A stretch of 64,000 bases of DNA. Origin: Thermoanaerobaculia bacterium (GTDB taxonomy: Bacteria; Acidobacteriota; Thermoanaerobaculia; Multivoradales; JAHZIX01). The stretch is from assembly GCA_027069135.1 (NCBI GenBank), contig JALXFE010000182.1, positions 67,175-131,174 on the forward strand. Direction: 5' to 3'. The position numbers were made by a program, and so were the translations under genes. Each line of letters begins with the position of its first letter. Positions within the stretch are counted from its first letter, which is position 1. A model generated the notes under the pieces. That model was not told the origin of the DNA. It searched no databases and saw nothing but the letters and a program-made list of their open reading frames with translations. Positions 42,799 to 52,369 of the stretch are shown in pieces.

Positions 42799-44688
42799 AT
42801 GACCCGATGGGGCTTTAGGGTCGCCCAAGCCAAAGAGCAGGACCTCATCATCCTGTGGGTGGAAAAGGGGGATGAAGCGGCTCGGGCCGAGGAGGTGAGC
42901 CTGGAGGACACGGCGGATCCGCAGCGCCAGATCGGTGGCATCCCGGAGATCCTTGCGACCTTGGCCGAACTTCAGGACGCCTTGCCGGCGGGGGTCGAAG
43001 GGCCCTCCCTGGAGCTCAAGGTGCTGGCCCACCCGGAACGGTTGGAGGGGGTCTTACGAGAGGTTGAGCTCTCAGCCGCTCGTTGGTTGGTGGTCGCTCA
43101 GCCCCGGGGCCCGAGAGGCCAGGGCCGGCGATTGGGGCGTCGATTGTTCCGTCGGGTGCGTTGCTCCGCTCTATTGCTTCGCCCGGGGAGTTCCGAAGAA
43201 CAACCCTTTCGCCGAATCCTCGTCCCCGCCGCCGGGGGGCCAAGCTCCCTGCGCGCCCTCGACCTGGGGGCTCGTCTGGCTCGGAAGGACGGTGGGAAGG
43301 TCGTGGCTCTCTACGTCGAACAGGGCTCCGATCAGCTCGCCGAAGCCGTCGGGCAGAAGATTCTGGGAGACGCGCTGCGGGCAGCCGGCCTCGAAAGCTC
43401 AACCGACCTGACGGTAGAGTCTCGGGTCGAGTTGGCGAACTCGGAGGTCGCGGGTATTGAAGGTGTCCTCGAGGATGGCTGGGATCTGGTGATCGTTGGC
43501 GCTTCGGGCCGAGGTCTCCTACGCCGGAAGTTGTTCAGAACCGTTCCGGAGCGCCTCCTCACCGGAAACGAAAGTGCCACGGTTGGGGTCGTTAGAGGAC
43601 CGAGGCCCCCGTCGGCGCGTCTGCGGGAGGGCTTCGAACAGGCTCTCGATCTTTCGGTCCCTCAGCTCGAGCGGGACGACCGGGTCAGCCTGGTGGAGAA
43701 GCTGCAACTCCAATCCCGCTGGAGCTTCGATTTTCTCGCCCTCATCGCCCTCTCGACGACCATCGCGGCCCTGGGTCTCCTGCAGGATAGTGCTGCGGTG
43801 GTCATCGGCGCGATGCTCGTCGCCCCCTTGATGACCCCGTTGTTGGGCGCCGGGCTGGCCCTCGTCCAGGGCAACCTACCGTTGATGAGGACGGCATCCC
43901 AAGCCATCGTCCTCGGTTTCCTGACGGCCGTCGCGATCAGTTTCGGAGCGGGCGCTCTTGTGCCCTTACCGCAGTTGACCTCCCAACTTGCCGCCCGCGG
44001 CCAGCCGACTCTGTTGGATCTCGGCGTTGCCTTCTTCTCGGGAATTGCCGCGGCCTATTGCCTCGGTCGTCCGAACTTGAGCGCAGCCCTTCCCGGGGTG
44101 GCGATCGCCGCAGCTCTGGTTCCTCCCATCGCGACTTTGGGAATTTCTTTGGCCATGGGTGAAAGGGAGGTGGCCCGGGGTGCGGGAATCCTCTTCGGAA
44201 CGAACGTCTTTACGATCATCCTCGGCGCCGCAACGAGTTTTTTCTTTTCTGGAATTCGCCCTAATCGTGGCTTGAATCGTGCCAATCGATGGGCTCGGAC
44301 GATGTTGGTGGTTCTGGTCCTTGCAGTGGCTGGGCTGGCGATTCCCTTGGGGTCCTTCCTGGTATCGCAGCTCCGGGCGGTAAGGCAGCCCGGTGGGGTG
44401 ACTCAGGAGCTGCATAGATCTCTGGAAGAGGGCCTCGCCACTCAAGGCTACGAGCTGACGAGCGCCCTTTGGAACCGTCGAGGGTCGCAGCCGGTGGAGC
44501 TGGTCCTACGGGTCGTCGGGGCAGACCCTCCGAGAGAAGATCTCGTCGAGGAATTAGCGCAGCGTGCGGCAGCCATCCTCAAGGGTCCGGTGGACCTGCG
44601 CCTGCACACCGAGTTGGTTGCGGAATCCCAGGCAGCTCCCACCGCTCCCACCGCGCCCGCCGACGAGCCGAGCCATTTCATCCCTTGA
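42799..44688 (+). CDS. Universal-stress-protein-like N-terminal domain fused to a DUF389-type polytopic membrane domain.
   Basis: USP-like region with 'LVIVGASGRGLLRRKLFRTVPERLL'. Membrane domain with 'VVIGAMLVAPLMTPLLGAGLAL' (DUF389-like AMLIAPLMgP motif). Start uncertain (42754 or 42799). Confidence 0.55.
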   Translation: MTRWGFRVAQAKEQDLIILWVEKGDEAARAEEVSLEDTADPQRQIGGIPEILATLAELQDALPAGVEGPSLELKVLAHPERLEGVLREVELSAARWLVVAQPRGPRGQGRRLGRRLFRRVRCSALLLRPGSSEEQPFRRILVPAAGGPSSLRALDLGARLARKDGGKVVALYVEQGSDQLAEAVGQKILGDALRAAGLESSTDLTVESRVELANSEVAGIEGVLEDGWDLVIVGASGRGLLRRKLFRTVPERLLTGNESATVGVVRGPRPPSARLREGFEQALDLSVPQLERDDRVSLVEKLQLQSRWSFDFLALIALSTTIAALGLLQDSAAVVIGAMLVAPLMTPLLGAGLALVQGNLPLMRTASQAIVLGFLTAVAISFGAGALVPLPQLTSQLAARGQPTLLDLGVAFFSGIAAAYCLGRPNLSAALPGVAIAAALVPPIATLGISLAMGEREVARGAGILFGTNVFTIILGAATSFFFSGIRPNRGLNRANRWARTMLVVLVLAVAGLAIPLGSFLVSQLRAVRQPGGVTQELHRSLEEGLATQGYELTSALWNRRGSQPVELVLRVVGADPPREDLVEELAQRAAAILKGPVDLRLHTELVAESQAAPTAPTAPADEPSHFIP

Positions 44689-45099
44689 CGCTTGCCCTCC
44701 GCCCGACTCGGAAGCCCACGGTGGAGCCGAAGAAATAGATACAGGAAACATTTCAAGATATTGGGTGTGTCAAACTTAATTTTCATGAATGTTTGATGGT
44801 CCCTGGGTTGTGTATTCGATCCCTGCAAAGCTTTCGTTCAAATCGAGGAGGGGGACACGGTTTGGAGCGTTTGCAGAGCATTTCTCTCCCTCGGATCCCG
44901 CCCGTAAAGGGCCCGATCAATAGAAAACTTTTGTTGTTTAGAAGTCTTTGTGCATATTGCCCCGTGTCGATCTTTCGTTCCTTGCTTCAGATTAGAAATA
45001 TATCCATAATCGTGAGGCGATATTTTCTGTTCCTGTGCGTTTCATTCAGCAGCCGGCGAGAGGACTGTTTGGCCCACCTACAAGTTCTGGTGGTGCAAC

Positions 45100-47181
45100 T
45101 TGAAGAACAGGAGGATGAGTATGTCTAAGGAGTTTCTTTGGTTCGGGAGATGTGGTAGTTTCTGTTCGTCCCTTCTAGTGATCTGTCTTCTAGGACTCGG
45201 TCTACTTACGCCAACTCCAGGCGCCGGCCAGGACATTTCTTTTCGGAATCGTTCCGAGGAGGTAGGTGTCGCCGGCTATCAGAGACAGCGGTCGGTTACG
45301 GCCGCCAGGGCGGAAGCTGTGTTTGCACTCGGAACGGTTACCATGAATGATTTCATCGGAAGCTATCCCATCAAGCCCTGGGGGGCCCCCGGCGTTGCGA
45401 TCCTGGACTTCGATGGAGACGGTGACGAGGATATCTACGTTACCAATGGTCCTGGTGCGGCCAACAGCCTCTACTCAAACCAGCTCCTCGAGAGTGGAAC
45501 CCTGAGCTTTCTTGACGTTGCGGCCCTGGCCGGAGTGACGTTGACAGATCAGGACAGCACCGGTGTCTGTCTGGGCGATACCGACAACGATGGCGACCCG
45601 GACCTCTACGTTCTCGGGCGCAGCGAGGCGAACCGTTTCCTCGAAAATTTAGGGAATGGAACGTTCGACGACCGGACGGTGCCGAGTGGCCTCGGTGGGG
45701 GAGATCGTTCCTCTAGCTCATGTGCAATGGGGGATGTCGACGGCGACGGACTGCTGGATATTGCCGTAGCCAATAATTTTGATATGAGGTCCAATTTTGC
45801 GATTTTCGTAGAACCATTTGCTCTCAACCAGATGAATGAACTGTTCCTCAACGAGGGTGGAAACAGTTTCACCGCTTCCGGGGTTGAGTCCGGCTTTGCC
45901 AACGTTCAAGAGATCACTTGGGCCATCGCGATGGTGGACCTGGATCTTGACGGGGATATGGATATTGTCACCGCGAGCGACAACGGCGGTATTCCGTTTG
46001 CCGTTTTCGGCGGCGTCGACCGGGGTTTCCTGCGGTTCTACAGCAATGACGGTGGGGGGCGGTTCACGGACCTTACGGCTCCAGCGGGCCTGTTAAACCC
46101 TGGAGACTGGATGGGTTTGGCCTTCGGAGACTTTGATGGCAACGGCCGCTTGGACATTTTTGGCTCGAATACCGGGGACTACTTCGAACCCTTTTTCGGA
46201 ATACCAGGAGGACTCGGGGACCAGGCGAGCCGTTGGTTTCTTCAAGGGGAGAACGGTGTCTTCAGTGATCCCGGTGTGGGGTCCACCGTCGCTTCACCCT
46301 TCGGCTGGGGTGCCGCCGCCGTGGACTATGACAATGATGGCCGCACAGACCTTATGTATTTCGGCGGCCTGGACGCCGGAGCCATCGTCGATTCATCCAA
46401 CCCCGGCATCGTCCTGCACAATACCGGCGGCGCGGTCTTTGACTATGACAGCCAGGCCCTGGCGGGCTCCGTCGATCACTCCCTGAGGGTCGAACATGGG
46501 GTCGCGGTCGGGGATTTGAATCGGGACGGCTTTCCGGACATCGTTTCTGTCGCCTCGAGTCGTTTGGGCCCGAACCTGCCGCCTGGGTTGATTCCGTATC
46601 CTTTCGAATACGGCTCTCCCTTCGACGGGACCGCGGCTTTCTTTCCTACCTTTCTTCCCGGAGAAAATCCAGGGGAATTGATCTATAGCGGTGCTTCGTT
46701 TCCCCGGGGTGATCTGGCGGTGGAGATCAGCAGTGGCAATGGCAATCGGTGGGTGAGAGCCGAGGCCTTGGGGACGATCGGTCTCACCTCCGCTGGTGTC
46801 ACCAATCGGAGTGGGATCGGTGCCGTGTTCAGCTTTACACCGAGCCGAGGGAATCAGTCCATCCAGCCGGTGGTGGGCGGTGGAAGCTATGCATCCCAAC
46901 ACTCTCTGGCCCAGATCTTCGGCTTGGGGCAGGCCCGGCGGGGAACCCTGGAGGTGCTATGGCCCGGCGGAGTTCGAAACCGACTCTATGGCGTCGGTAG
47001 CCGGGAAGAAATTCTCTTTCCGGAGATCCCTTGCAGTTTCGAGGACAGGTCCCAATCCTTTTTCTCTTATGTCGGCTGCCTTCATCTCTCGCTTCATGAG
47101 CTCAGAGCCGAGGGCGTCTTGAACAACAGACAGAAGGCCCGCTTCTTTCGCAGCGCGCTGTTGGCCTTTTTCTATCCTTGA
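45100..47181 (+). CDS. Secreted FG-GAP/ASPIC-UnbV protein (CRTAC1-like).
   Basis: Signal peptide 'LLVICLLGLGLLTPTPGAGQ'. Motifs DFDGDGDEDIYV, DTDNDGDPDLYV, DVDGDGLLDI, DLDLDGDMDI, DFDGNGRLDI, DYDNDGRTDL. UnbV tail 'GIGAVFSFTPSRGNQSIQPVVGGGSYASQHSLAQIFGLG...VLWPGG'. Alternative start at 45122 (AGGAGG + 6 nt). Confidence 0.8.
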   Translation: MKNRRMSMSKEFLWFGRCGSFCSSLLVICLLGLGLLTPTPGAGQDISFRNRSEEVGVAGYQRQRSVTAARAEAVFALGTVTMNDFIGSYPIKPWGAPGVAILDFDGDGDEDIYVTNGPGAANSLYSNQLLESGTLSFLDVAALAGVTLTDQDSTGVCLGDTDNDGDPDLYVLGRSEANRFLENLGNGTFDDRTVPSGLGGGDRSSSSCAMGDVDGDGLLDIAVANNFDMRSNFAIFVEPFALNQMNELFLNEGGNSFTASGVESGFANVQEITWAIAMVDLDLDGDMDIVTASDNGGIPFAVFGGVDRGFLRFYSNDGGGRFTDLTAPAGLLNPGDWMGLAFGDFDGNGRLDIFGSNTGDYFEPFFGIPGGLGDQASRWFLQGENGVFSDPGVGSTVASPFGWGAAAVDYDNDGRTDLMYFGGLDAGAIVDSSNPGIVLHNTGGAVFDYDSQALAGSVDHSLRVEHGVAVGDLNRDGFPDIVSVASSRLGPNLPPGLIPYPFEYGSPFDGTAAFFPTFLPGENPGELIYSGASFPRGDLAVEISSGNGNRWVRAEALGTIGLTSAGVTNRSGIGAVFSFTPSRGNQSIQPVVGGGSYASQHSLAQIFGLGQARRGTLEVLWPGGVRNRLYGVGSREEILFPEIPCSFEDRSQSFFSYVGCLHLSLHELRAEGVLNNRQKARFFRSALLAFFYP

Positions 47182-47282
47182 GAATTCAAAGCTTCAGATT
47201 TTTCTTCCCCCTAGGCCGGACGAGGCTTAGGGGGATTTTTGTGTTAGTGCTCGTCAATATTATGGTAAGAGAGGGAGGTTCT

Positions 47283-48629
47283 ATGATGTTTCTATTACGA
47301 ACGGGGCACCGGTTTCGCCGGCCTGTTCAAAGGGCGGAGGGGGTGCTCCGAGGAGCCCGGCTGCTCCTGGCTTGGGTGTTCCTTTCAGCGCTACCGGTGG
47401 CCGCCGGCAACGGCCATTTCCTCCATGGTGTGGGAGCTGTGAATAGCTCTCTCGGTGGAGCGGGAGTTGCATTCGCGGCAGACGGCTTAGGGGCCATCAA
47501 TCTGAACCCGGCGTTGCTCACGGCCTTTGAGGGATCCCGGGTAGATTTCGGCGTAGAGTTTCTGACTCAGGATCTCTCGGTGGAGAGCTCGGTGGGTCCG
47601 TTCTCGGGTTCGACGAACGATGACACCGATCTCGCTGCGTTGCCCGCTTTCGCTTGGATTTGGCATCCTAAAGGGAGTCGCCTGGCCTTTGGGTTCGGAT
47701 TCTTGGCTCTGGCAGGATTTCAGACCGACTACCCTCAGGATTCGACGAATCCGGTCCTCCTACCCCAGCCGCTGGGGTTTGGTCGAACCTTGGCGGACTA
47801 CCAATTCGCCCGCATTCCCTTGGCTTTGGCCTATCAGGCCACCGACAAGCTGAGCGTGGGGGCGAGTTTCAGCCTGGGACGGGCTGCCCTGGACTCTTCT
47901 CCTTTTGCCGGGGCCAGTCCCGATTGCACCTCGCCGGTGAGCTGCTTTTACCCGGCCGCGACCCCGCAGGACTCAGCCCTGGGTTTTGCCGTCCAGGTGG
48001 GGCTCTTCTTCGAGCCCTCGGAGAAGCTCTCTTTCGGTGTGTCTTACACGACGGCTCATGATTTCGAGAGTTTCAAATGGAATTCCACCGTCGCCCATCC
48101 GGACCTGCCCAACTTTGGCGAGAACCGTAGCTTCGAATTCACCCTGGATGCCCCTCAACGACTCACCTTGGGGCTCGGCTTTGCGCCCGCCAAGGACTGG
48201 AACCTGGCCTTGGATGTCACCTGGATCAACTATTCCGATACCGAGGGCTTTTCCGGTGGCAACCTCGATCCGCGAACGGGCGCTATCGACGGTCTCGGCT
48301 GGGAAGACATCGTCGTGATCGCCGGGGGTGTGGAGCATCGCAGACCGGGGGGACTCGCCCTGCGGGGCGGATTCAATATCTCCGAATCGGCAGTCCCGGA
48401 GGATCTGGCGTTCTTCAATATTCAGGCTCCCGCGATTCAGGAAAACCACCTGACGGTGGGCTTGGGCATTCCTACGGGGCCTGTGGAAGTGAACCTGGCG
48501 TATTACCACGTCTTCAAGGCCGATATCAGCGGGCCGTTTCTGTCGCCGGCGGGTCCGGTGCCCGGAAGCCGAGTCACGAGCGAGATCAGCATCGATTCTT
48601 TGCTGCTCTCCCTCTCGTTCACCCGATAA
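47283..48629 (+). CDS. FadL/TodX-family outer-membrane hydrophobic-compound transporter (putative).
   Basis: Signal peptide. N-terminal 'GVGAVNSSLGGAGVAFAADGLGAINLNPALLT' resembles the FadL N-terminal hatch motif (G.ga.a.ggA..A.Add.sAi.yNPAgL). ~450 aa with beta-strand-like alternation. Internal ATG 47283 preceded by GGAGG. Confidence 0.6.
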   Translation: MMFLLRTGHRFRRPVQRAEGVLRGARLLLAWVFLSALPVAAGNGHFLHGVGAVNSSLGGAGVAFAADGLGAINLNPALLTAFEGSRVDFGVEFLTQDLSVESSVGPFSGSTNDDTDLAALPAFAWIWHPKGSRLAFGFGFLALAGFQTDYPQDSTNPVLLPQPLGFGRTLADYQFARIPLALAYQATDKLSVGASFSLGRAALDSSPFAGASPDCTSPVSCFYPAATPQDSALGFAVQVGLFFEPSEKLSFGVSYTTAHDFESFKWNSTVAHPDLPNFGENRSFEFTLDAPQRLTLGLGFAPAKDWNLALDVTWINYSDTEGFSGGNLDPRTGAIDGLGWEDIVVIAGGVEHRRPGGLALRGGFNISESAVPEDLAFFNIQAPAIQENHLTVGLGIPTGPVEVNLAYYHVFKADISGPFLSPAGPVPGSRVTSEISIDSLLLSLSFTR

Positions 48630-48695
48630 GGATTCGAGACTCGTCCCGGTGAATCTCGTGCCGGGCGCAATTTGGTCAAGGAGAAAATCAGGAAA

Positions 48696-49088
48696 ATGTA
48701 CACGATTGAAAATAAGGACTATGGACTCTTGGTCACCATCGTCGGAGGCCTAGACCGCTCGGACGCAGAGGGTTGGCTCAAGAGCATGGAGAAAGCTCTC
48801 GAGAAGGTAGAGCGGCCCTTCGGCATCCTGGTCGACGTGCGGGAAGCGAAGCTTTTTCAGCAGGAGGCTCAGGCATCGCTGAAGCAAGGGATGGAGGCCT
48901 GTGCCAAGGCAGGCATGGAACGCGCCGCCGTCGCCCTCAACGGAGCCGTCGCGACCTTGCAGGCCCGGAGGCTTGCCCGGGAGACGGAGATCGATTCTTG
49001 GCAACGCTATGTCGATGCGGCTTCCGATCCCTCTTGGCGTCAGAAAGCCTTGGGCTGGATCATGCATGGGCGAGATCCCGAGACCTAG
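48696..49088 (+). CDS. Hypothetical small cytoplasmic protein (possibly STAS-like).
   Basis: ORF only. Weak resemblance to SpoIIAA/STAS folds. Start uncertain (TTG 48672 or ATG 48696). Confidence 0.35.
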   Translation: MYTIENKDYGLLVTIVGGLDRSDAEGWLKSMEKALEKVERPFGILVDVREAKLFQQEAQASLKQGMEACAKAGMERAAVALNGAVATLQARRLARETEIDSWQRYVDAASDPSWRQKALGWIMHGRDPET

Positions 49089-49363
49089 GATTCGGAGATC
49101 TAAGATCTCAGTCCAAAGATGACCCTAATCCCGCGGTGGGCCGGAGCTCCAAACTTCGGTCCACCCCTTCGAACCCCCGTCTTTTCTCCCCGTCTATCGT
49201 ATACATTCTGCTACTAAAATATCCCCTTAGATAGCTAGCTTTCGCCTCAGCGTATTCCCGGCCGGGAGAGCCTTCCTTCCTCGGCAGGGAGATGCTGTCT
49301 CTAGAAAATCGATCATGCCTGGCGGAGGGCTGCTATGGTCTGCTATGAATTGCTCTAGAGATC

Positions 49364-50608
49364 ATGAAAAAGCTTGGAGAGATACTACGGAGCGTGCTCC
49401 TACCCGAATTAAGCCCTCGCAGTCGCCGCGAGGTCGAACAAGTTATGGGGGAGCTTGAAAGCCTTCGCCGTCGCTATCGGCGGCTGCGACCACGTCTACG
49501 CCGACAACGGGAGGAGGCGGTGATCCTCTGCGAGGACTTGCTCTCTTACGGACCGGACGAACGGTTTCGACGGATCCGACTGACTCGACATCGGCTTCGC
49601 AGCCGGCCCTTGGTGGAAGAGCTTCTCCGTCGAAGCTTCGTCGCTGGCTTCGAAGACCCTTGGGAAGCCCGTCATCTGGCGGAGCTGGCCTCTCAGGTGA
49701 CGATCTCTTTATTCGGAGCCAAAGAGCTCGCCGGGGGTACCCGGGGTTTGAACGATCTCCAGGGCTCGGCGCTGGCCCATCGGGGGCATGCCTGCCGTCG
49801 CGACGGTCGTCCGGCGGAGGCGAAGGACTTTTTCGAAAGGTCATTGCAATTCCTGGGATTGGGGACGGGAAGCCGTCGGAGGTTGGCGGAAGCTCAGTTG
49901 TTCCACGGTCAATTCTTGCGGGATTTGCGGCAGTGGGAGGAGGCGAGGAAGGTCTTGGAGGAGGCCCGGAAAACCTTCGAGGAGCTGGGGGATGACCCTG
50001 CCCAGGGACGAGCTCTCGTCCTGCTGGCCTCGGTTCTCTGTGGCCGCGGAGATGACTCCGGGGCCATAGCGGCGCTCCTGAAGGCCTGTGTCCTGGTCGA
50101 CGAGACTCGGGATCCCCTTCTGACCCGGTCCTGCTGGAACCAGGTCGCCGCGATCTACGCAGAGGTGGGCCATGAAGACGCTGCCAACGGGCTGTTGGAG
50201 GAGTCGGAGGCGTATTTCGAGAACCTCGGCGGGGGTTCTGCCGCCGCTGCCCGTCGATCCTGGGCTGTAGCTCGAATGCGGATCGCTGGGCAGCATTGGG
50301 AGGAGGCGCGGGTCGCCCTCAAGGAAGCTCGGGCCTCTCTACTCGACCGAGGGTTTCGGATCGAAGGGGCCCTTGCGAGCCTGGATCTGGGGGTAGCTCT
50401 CACGGCTTTGGGAAGGAGTCGCGAGCTCAAATCCGTGGCGGAAGAGACCTGTCGCCGGGTAGCGGGGGAGTCCCTCGGGCGGGAGCTGTCTGCGGCCATG
50501 GGGGCCTTCCTCGAAGCCTGCCGAGAAGGTCTGCCAGCTGAGCGGGTGTTGCTTCAGTTGCGAGGCGCGAGTCGGAGATATCGGTATTTGGGAGATTGGG
50601 GAGGGTAA
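49364..50608 (+). CDS. TPR-like helical repeat protein, translationally coupled to the downstream ECF sigma.
   Basis: Repeated helix-turn-helix TPR-like segments (ALAHRGHACRRDGRPAEAKDFFERSLQF..., AQLFHGQFLRDLRQWEEARKVLEEARKTFEELGD...). Stop TAA overlaps the sigma ATG (TAATG). Confidence 0.5.
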   Translation: MKKLGEILRSVLLPELSPRSRREVEQVMGELESLRRRYRRLRPRLRRQREEAVILCEDLLSYGPDERFRRIRLTRHRLRSRPLVEELLRRSFVAGFEDPWEARHLAELASQVTISLFGAKELAGGTRGLNDLQGSALAHRGHACRRDGRPAEAKDFFERSLQFLGLGTGSRRRLAEAQLFHGQFLRDLRQWEEARKVLEEARKTFEELGDDPAQGRALVLLASVLCGRGDDSGAIAALLKACVLVDETRDPLLTRSCWNQVAAIYAEVGHEDAANGLLEESEAYFENLGGGSAAAARRSWAVARMRIAGQHWEEARVALKEARASLLDRGFRIEGALASLDLGVALTALGRSRELKSVAEETCRRVAGESLGRELSAAMGAFLEACREGLPAERVLLQLRGASRRYRYLGDWGG

Positions 50609-51180
50609 TGAAGAGCCCAAAGGAAGAACGACGCAACCCTGTTGATCGGGTCTCTAAGATCCCCGCGCCGGACAAGAGAGCTGTAGCAGCTCTAGGAGAG
50701 GTGGAGCCGCAGCTGCGCCAGATCTTGGCGCGGCATTCCATTCCTACCCAAGATGGGAAGGACTTGATCCAAGATGCCTTCCTCGTTCTTCTTGGCCGAT
50801 TGAGAAGCGCCGATCGACCGGTGGAGCGACCGGCGGGTTTTCTTCTGGGAATCCTGCGGCGCCTCTGTGTCGGTTACTGGCGCCGAAAGCGGGCGCGGCC
50901 GGAAGATCCGCTCGAGGATTTCGAGTTGGGATATCCACCCCATCAATTGCAGGTGGACCACCAGCGTCTCCTGCGGCGGCTGCTCGAAGAGGTCAACGTT
51001 CGCCATCGGCGGCTGGTCTTGCTGAGGCTGGTCGGGGGCTACGAGGCGGTGGAGGTCGCGCAGGGGAGCGGCCTCGCGCCGGGAAGCGTGCGTAAGAGTA
51101 TTCTGCGAGCCTGCCAGAGGATGCAGGCGAAGGCGAGAGAGGACAATGCCGCCCTGCGCCGCATCGTCTCGGGTCGCTGA
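50608..51180 (+). CDS. ECF-type sigma factor.
   Basis: Region 2 'DLIQDAFLVLLGRL'. Region 4 'LVLLRLVGGYEAVEVAQGSGLAPGSVRKSILRACQRMQ'. Confidence 0.7.
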   Translation: MKSPKEERRNPVDRVSKIPAPDKRAVAALGEVEPQLRQILARHSIPTQDGKDLIQDAFLVLLGRLRSADRPVERPAGFLLGILRRLCVGYWRRKRARPEDPLEDFELGYPPHQLQVDHQRLLRRLLEEVNVRHRRLVLLRLVGGYEAVEVAQGSGLAPGSVRKSILRACQRMQAKAREDNAALRRIVSGR

Positions 51181-51238
51181 GGTCTCGGGTTGCTGAAGTC
51201 TCGGGTCGCTGAGGTCTCAGGTTGCTGAGGTCTCAGGG
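51167..51238. repeat. ~4.5 tandem copies of a 16-bp unit TCTC(G/A)GGT(C/T)GCTGA(G/A)G, spanning the sigma-factor stop codon and the convergent intergenic region.
   Basis: tctcgggtcgctgagg / tctcgggttgctgaag / tctcgggtcgctgagg / tctcaggttgctgagg / tctcaggg, read directly from the sequence. Confidence 0.85.
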
Positions 51239-52278
51239 AGAAGGGCGGGGAGAAGGGTGGCGCCAAGACTGCCACGATCATCCCCGAGCTCGGCGGCAAC
51301 GAGGCACTCCTCACGCTTTTTTTCGCCGTCCGGGGTCGGGGGCAGGCGAGCGTGGAAGCCTTGGCGTAACTTCTCGAGGTACCCAGGGGCCTTGAGAGCG
51401 ATCGAGCCACCGACGATGATCCGCCGCAAGGGTCGGCCGTTGCTCGAGGCTTCTACGGCAAGCTGCCCTAAGGAGACGGCGACCAGGTTCGCAGAATGAG
51501 CCAGCCATCGACGGCTGTAGTCATCTCCGGCCGCCGCGGCCCGGCTCAGATCCCGGGCCGCCACGGCTTTTACGCGCTGGGCTACCCTTCGCGGGGAGAG
51601 CTCCGGGGTCGCGAAGAGCCGGGTCCTTTCCTCGAGGGCACTCAAGCCTCCGGTTTCGAGCAGAGCGGTCAATTCCTCGCCCACCCGCCGGGCCAAGGCT
51701 GCCCCGCTGGCCAGGCGGTCCAGGCAGAGGTCCGGCCATCGGGGATCCGGAAAGGTATTCTTGCCGGGTTCGATATTGACCGCTCGGGCGGTCCCGCCGG
51801 CCTGTTCGAGTCGGGCGCCGCCGATGCCGGTACTGACGGTGAGATAGAGGAAGCTCCCACAACCTCGGCCGGCACCCCACCGAGCTTCCGCCAAGGCCGC
51901 GGCACAGGCGTCGTTGCCGAGGGCCACCGTGCCTCTATATCCGAGCCGACGCCGCAGGGCATGGACCAGCAACCGATGAGGATCGAGGCCCACGAAGAGG
52001 GGCAGGTTGGGTGCGGTCAAGACAATGCCCGTCGTGGTCTCGAAATCCGCTGGAAATCCCATCCCGACGGCCTCCAGCCGAGGAAGCTCGGCGCCCACCT
52101 CCGCCAGCAGGGATTCGACGTTCTGCGCCAGCATCGCCATGAGCTCTTCCGGGCGGGCGGGCTTGGGGGTTGCGAAGGTGGAGGAGGCCAATGCCTCTCC
52201 ACCCTCGGTCACCAGGCTGAGGGCGACCTTGGTGCCGCCGACATCGATGCCGCAGCGCATGCCTCTAGCCTTGCCCAT
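51217..52278 (-). CDS. ROK/BadF-type sugar kinase (glucokinase / N-acetylglucosamine-kinase-like ASKHA ATPase).
   Basis: N-terminal 'MRCGIDVGGTKVALSLV' phosphate-1 motif. '...GNDACAAALAE...LTVSTGIGGA'. The track start at 52521 would extend into the divergent malQ gene, so the internal Met is preferred. Confidence 0.6.
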   Translation of the reverse strand: MGKARGMRCGIDVGGTKVALSLVTEGGEALASSTFATPKPARPEELMAMLAQNVESLLAEVGAELPRLEAVGMGFPADFETTTGIVLTAPNLPLFVGLDPHRLLVHALRRRLGYRGTVALGNDACAAALAEARWGAGRGCGSFLYLTVSTGIGGARLEQAGGTARAVNIEPGKNTFPDPRWPDLCLDRLASGAALARRVGEELTALLETGGLSALEERTRLFATPELSPRRVAQRVKAVAARDLSRAAAAGDDYSRRWLAHSANLVAVSLGQLAVEASSNGRPLRRIIVGGSIALKAPGYLEKLRQGFHARLPPTPDGEKKREECLVAAELGDDRGSLGATLLPALLPETSAT

Positions 52279-52369
52279 GATCTGGGATCGTACCCGATCC
52301 CACGCCCTCCGGGATTTCCCGGATCGCCGGATTTCTCGGATTCCGAGGCCTCCGATACCATGCTCGACC

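Noticed and set aside
51167-51238. Possible CRISPR array
   Set aside because: Repeats are contiguous 16-bp units without spacers. No cas genes in the window.
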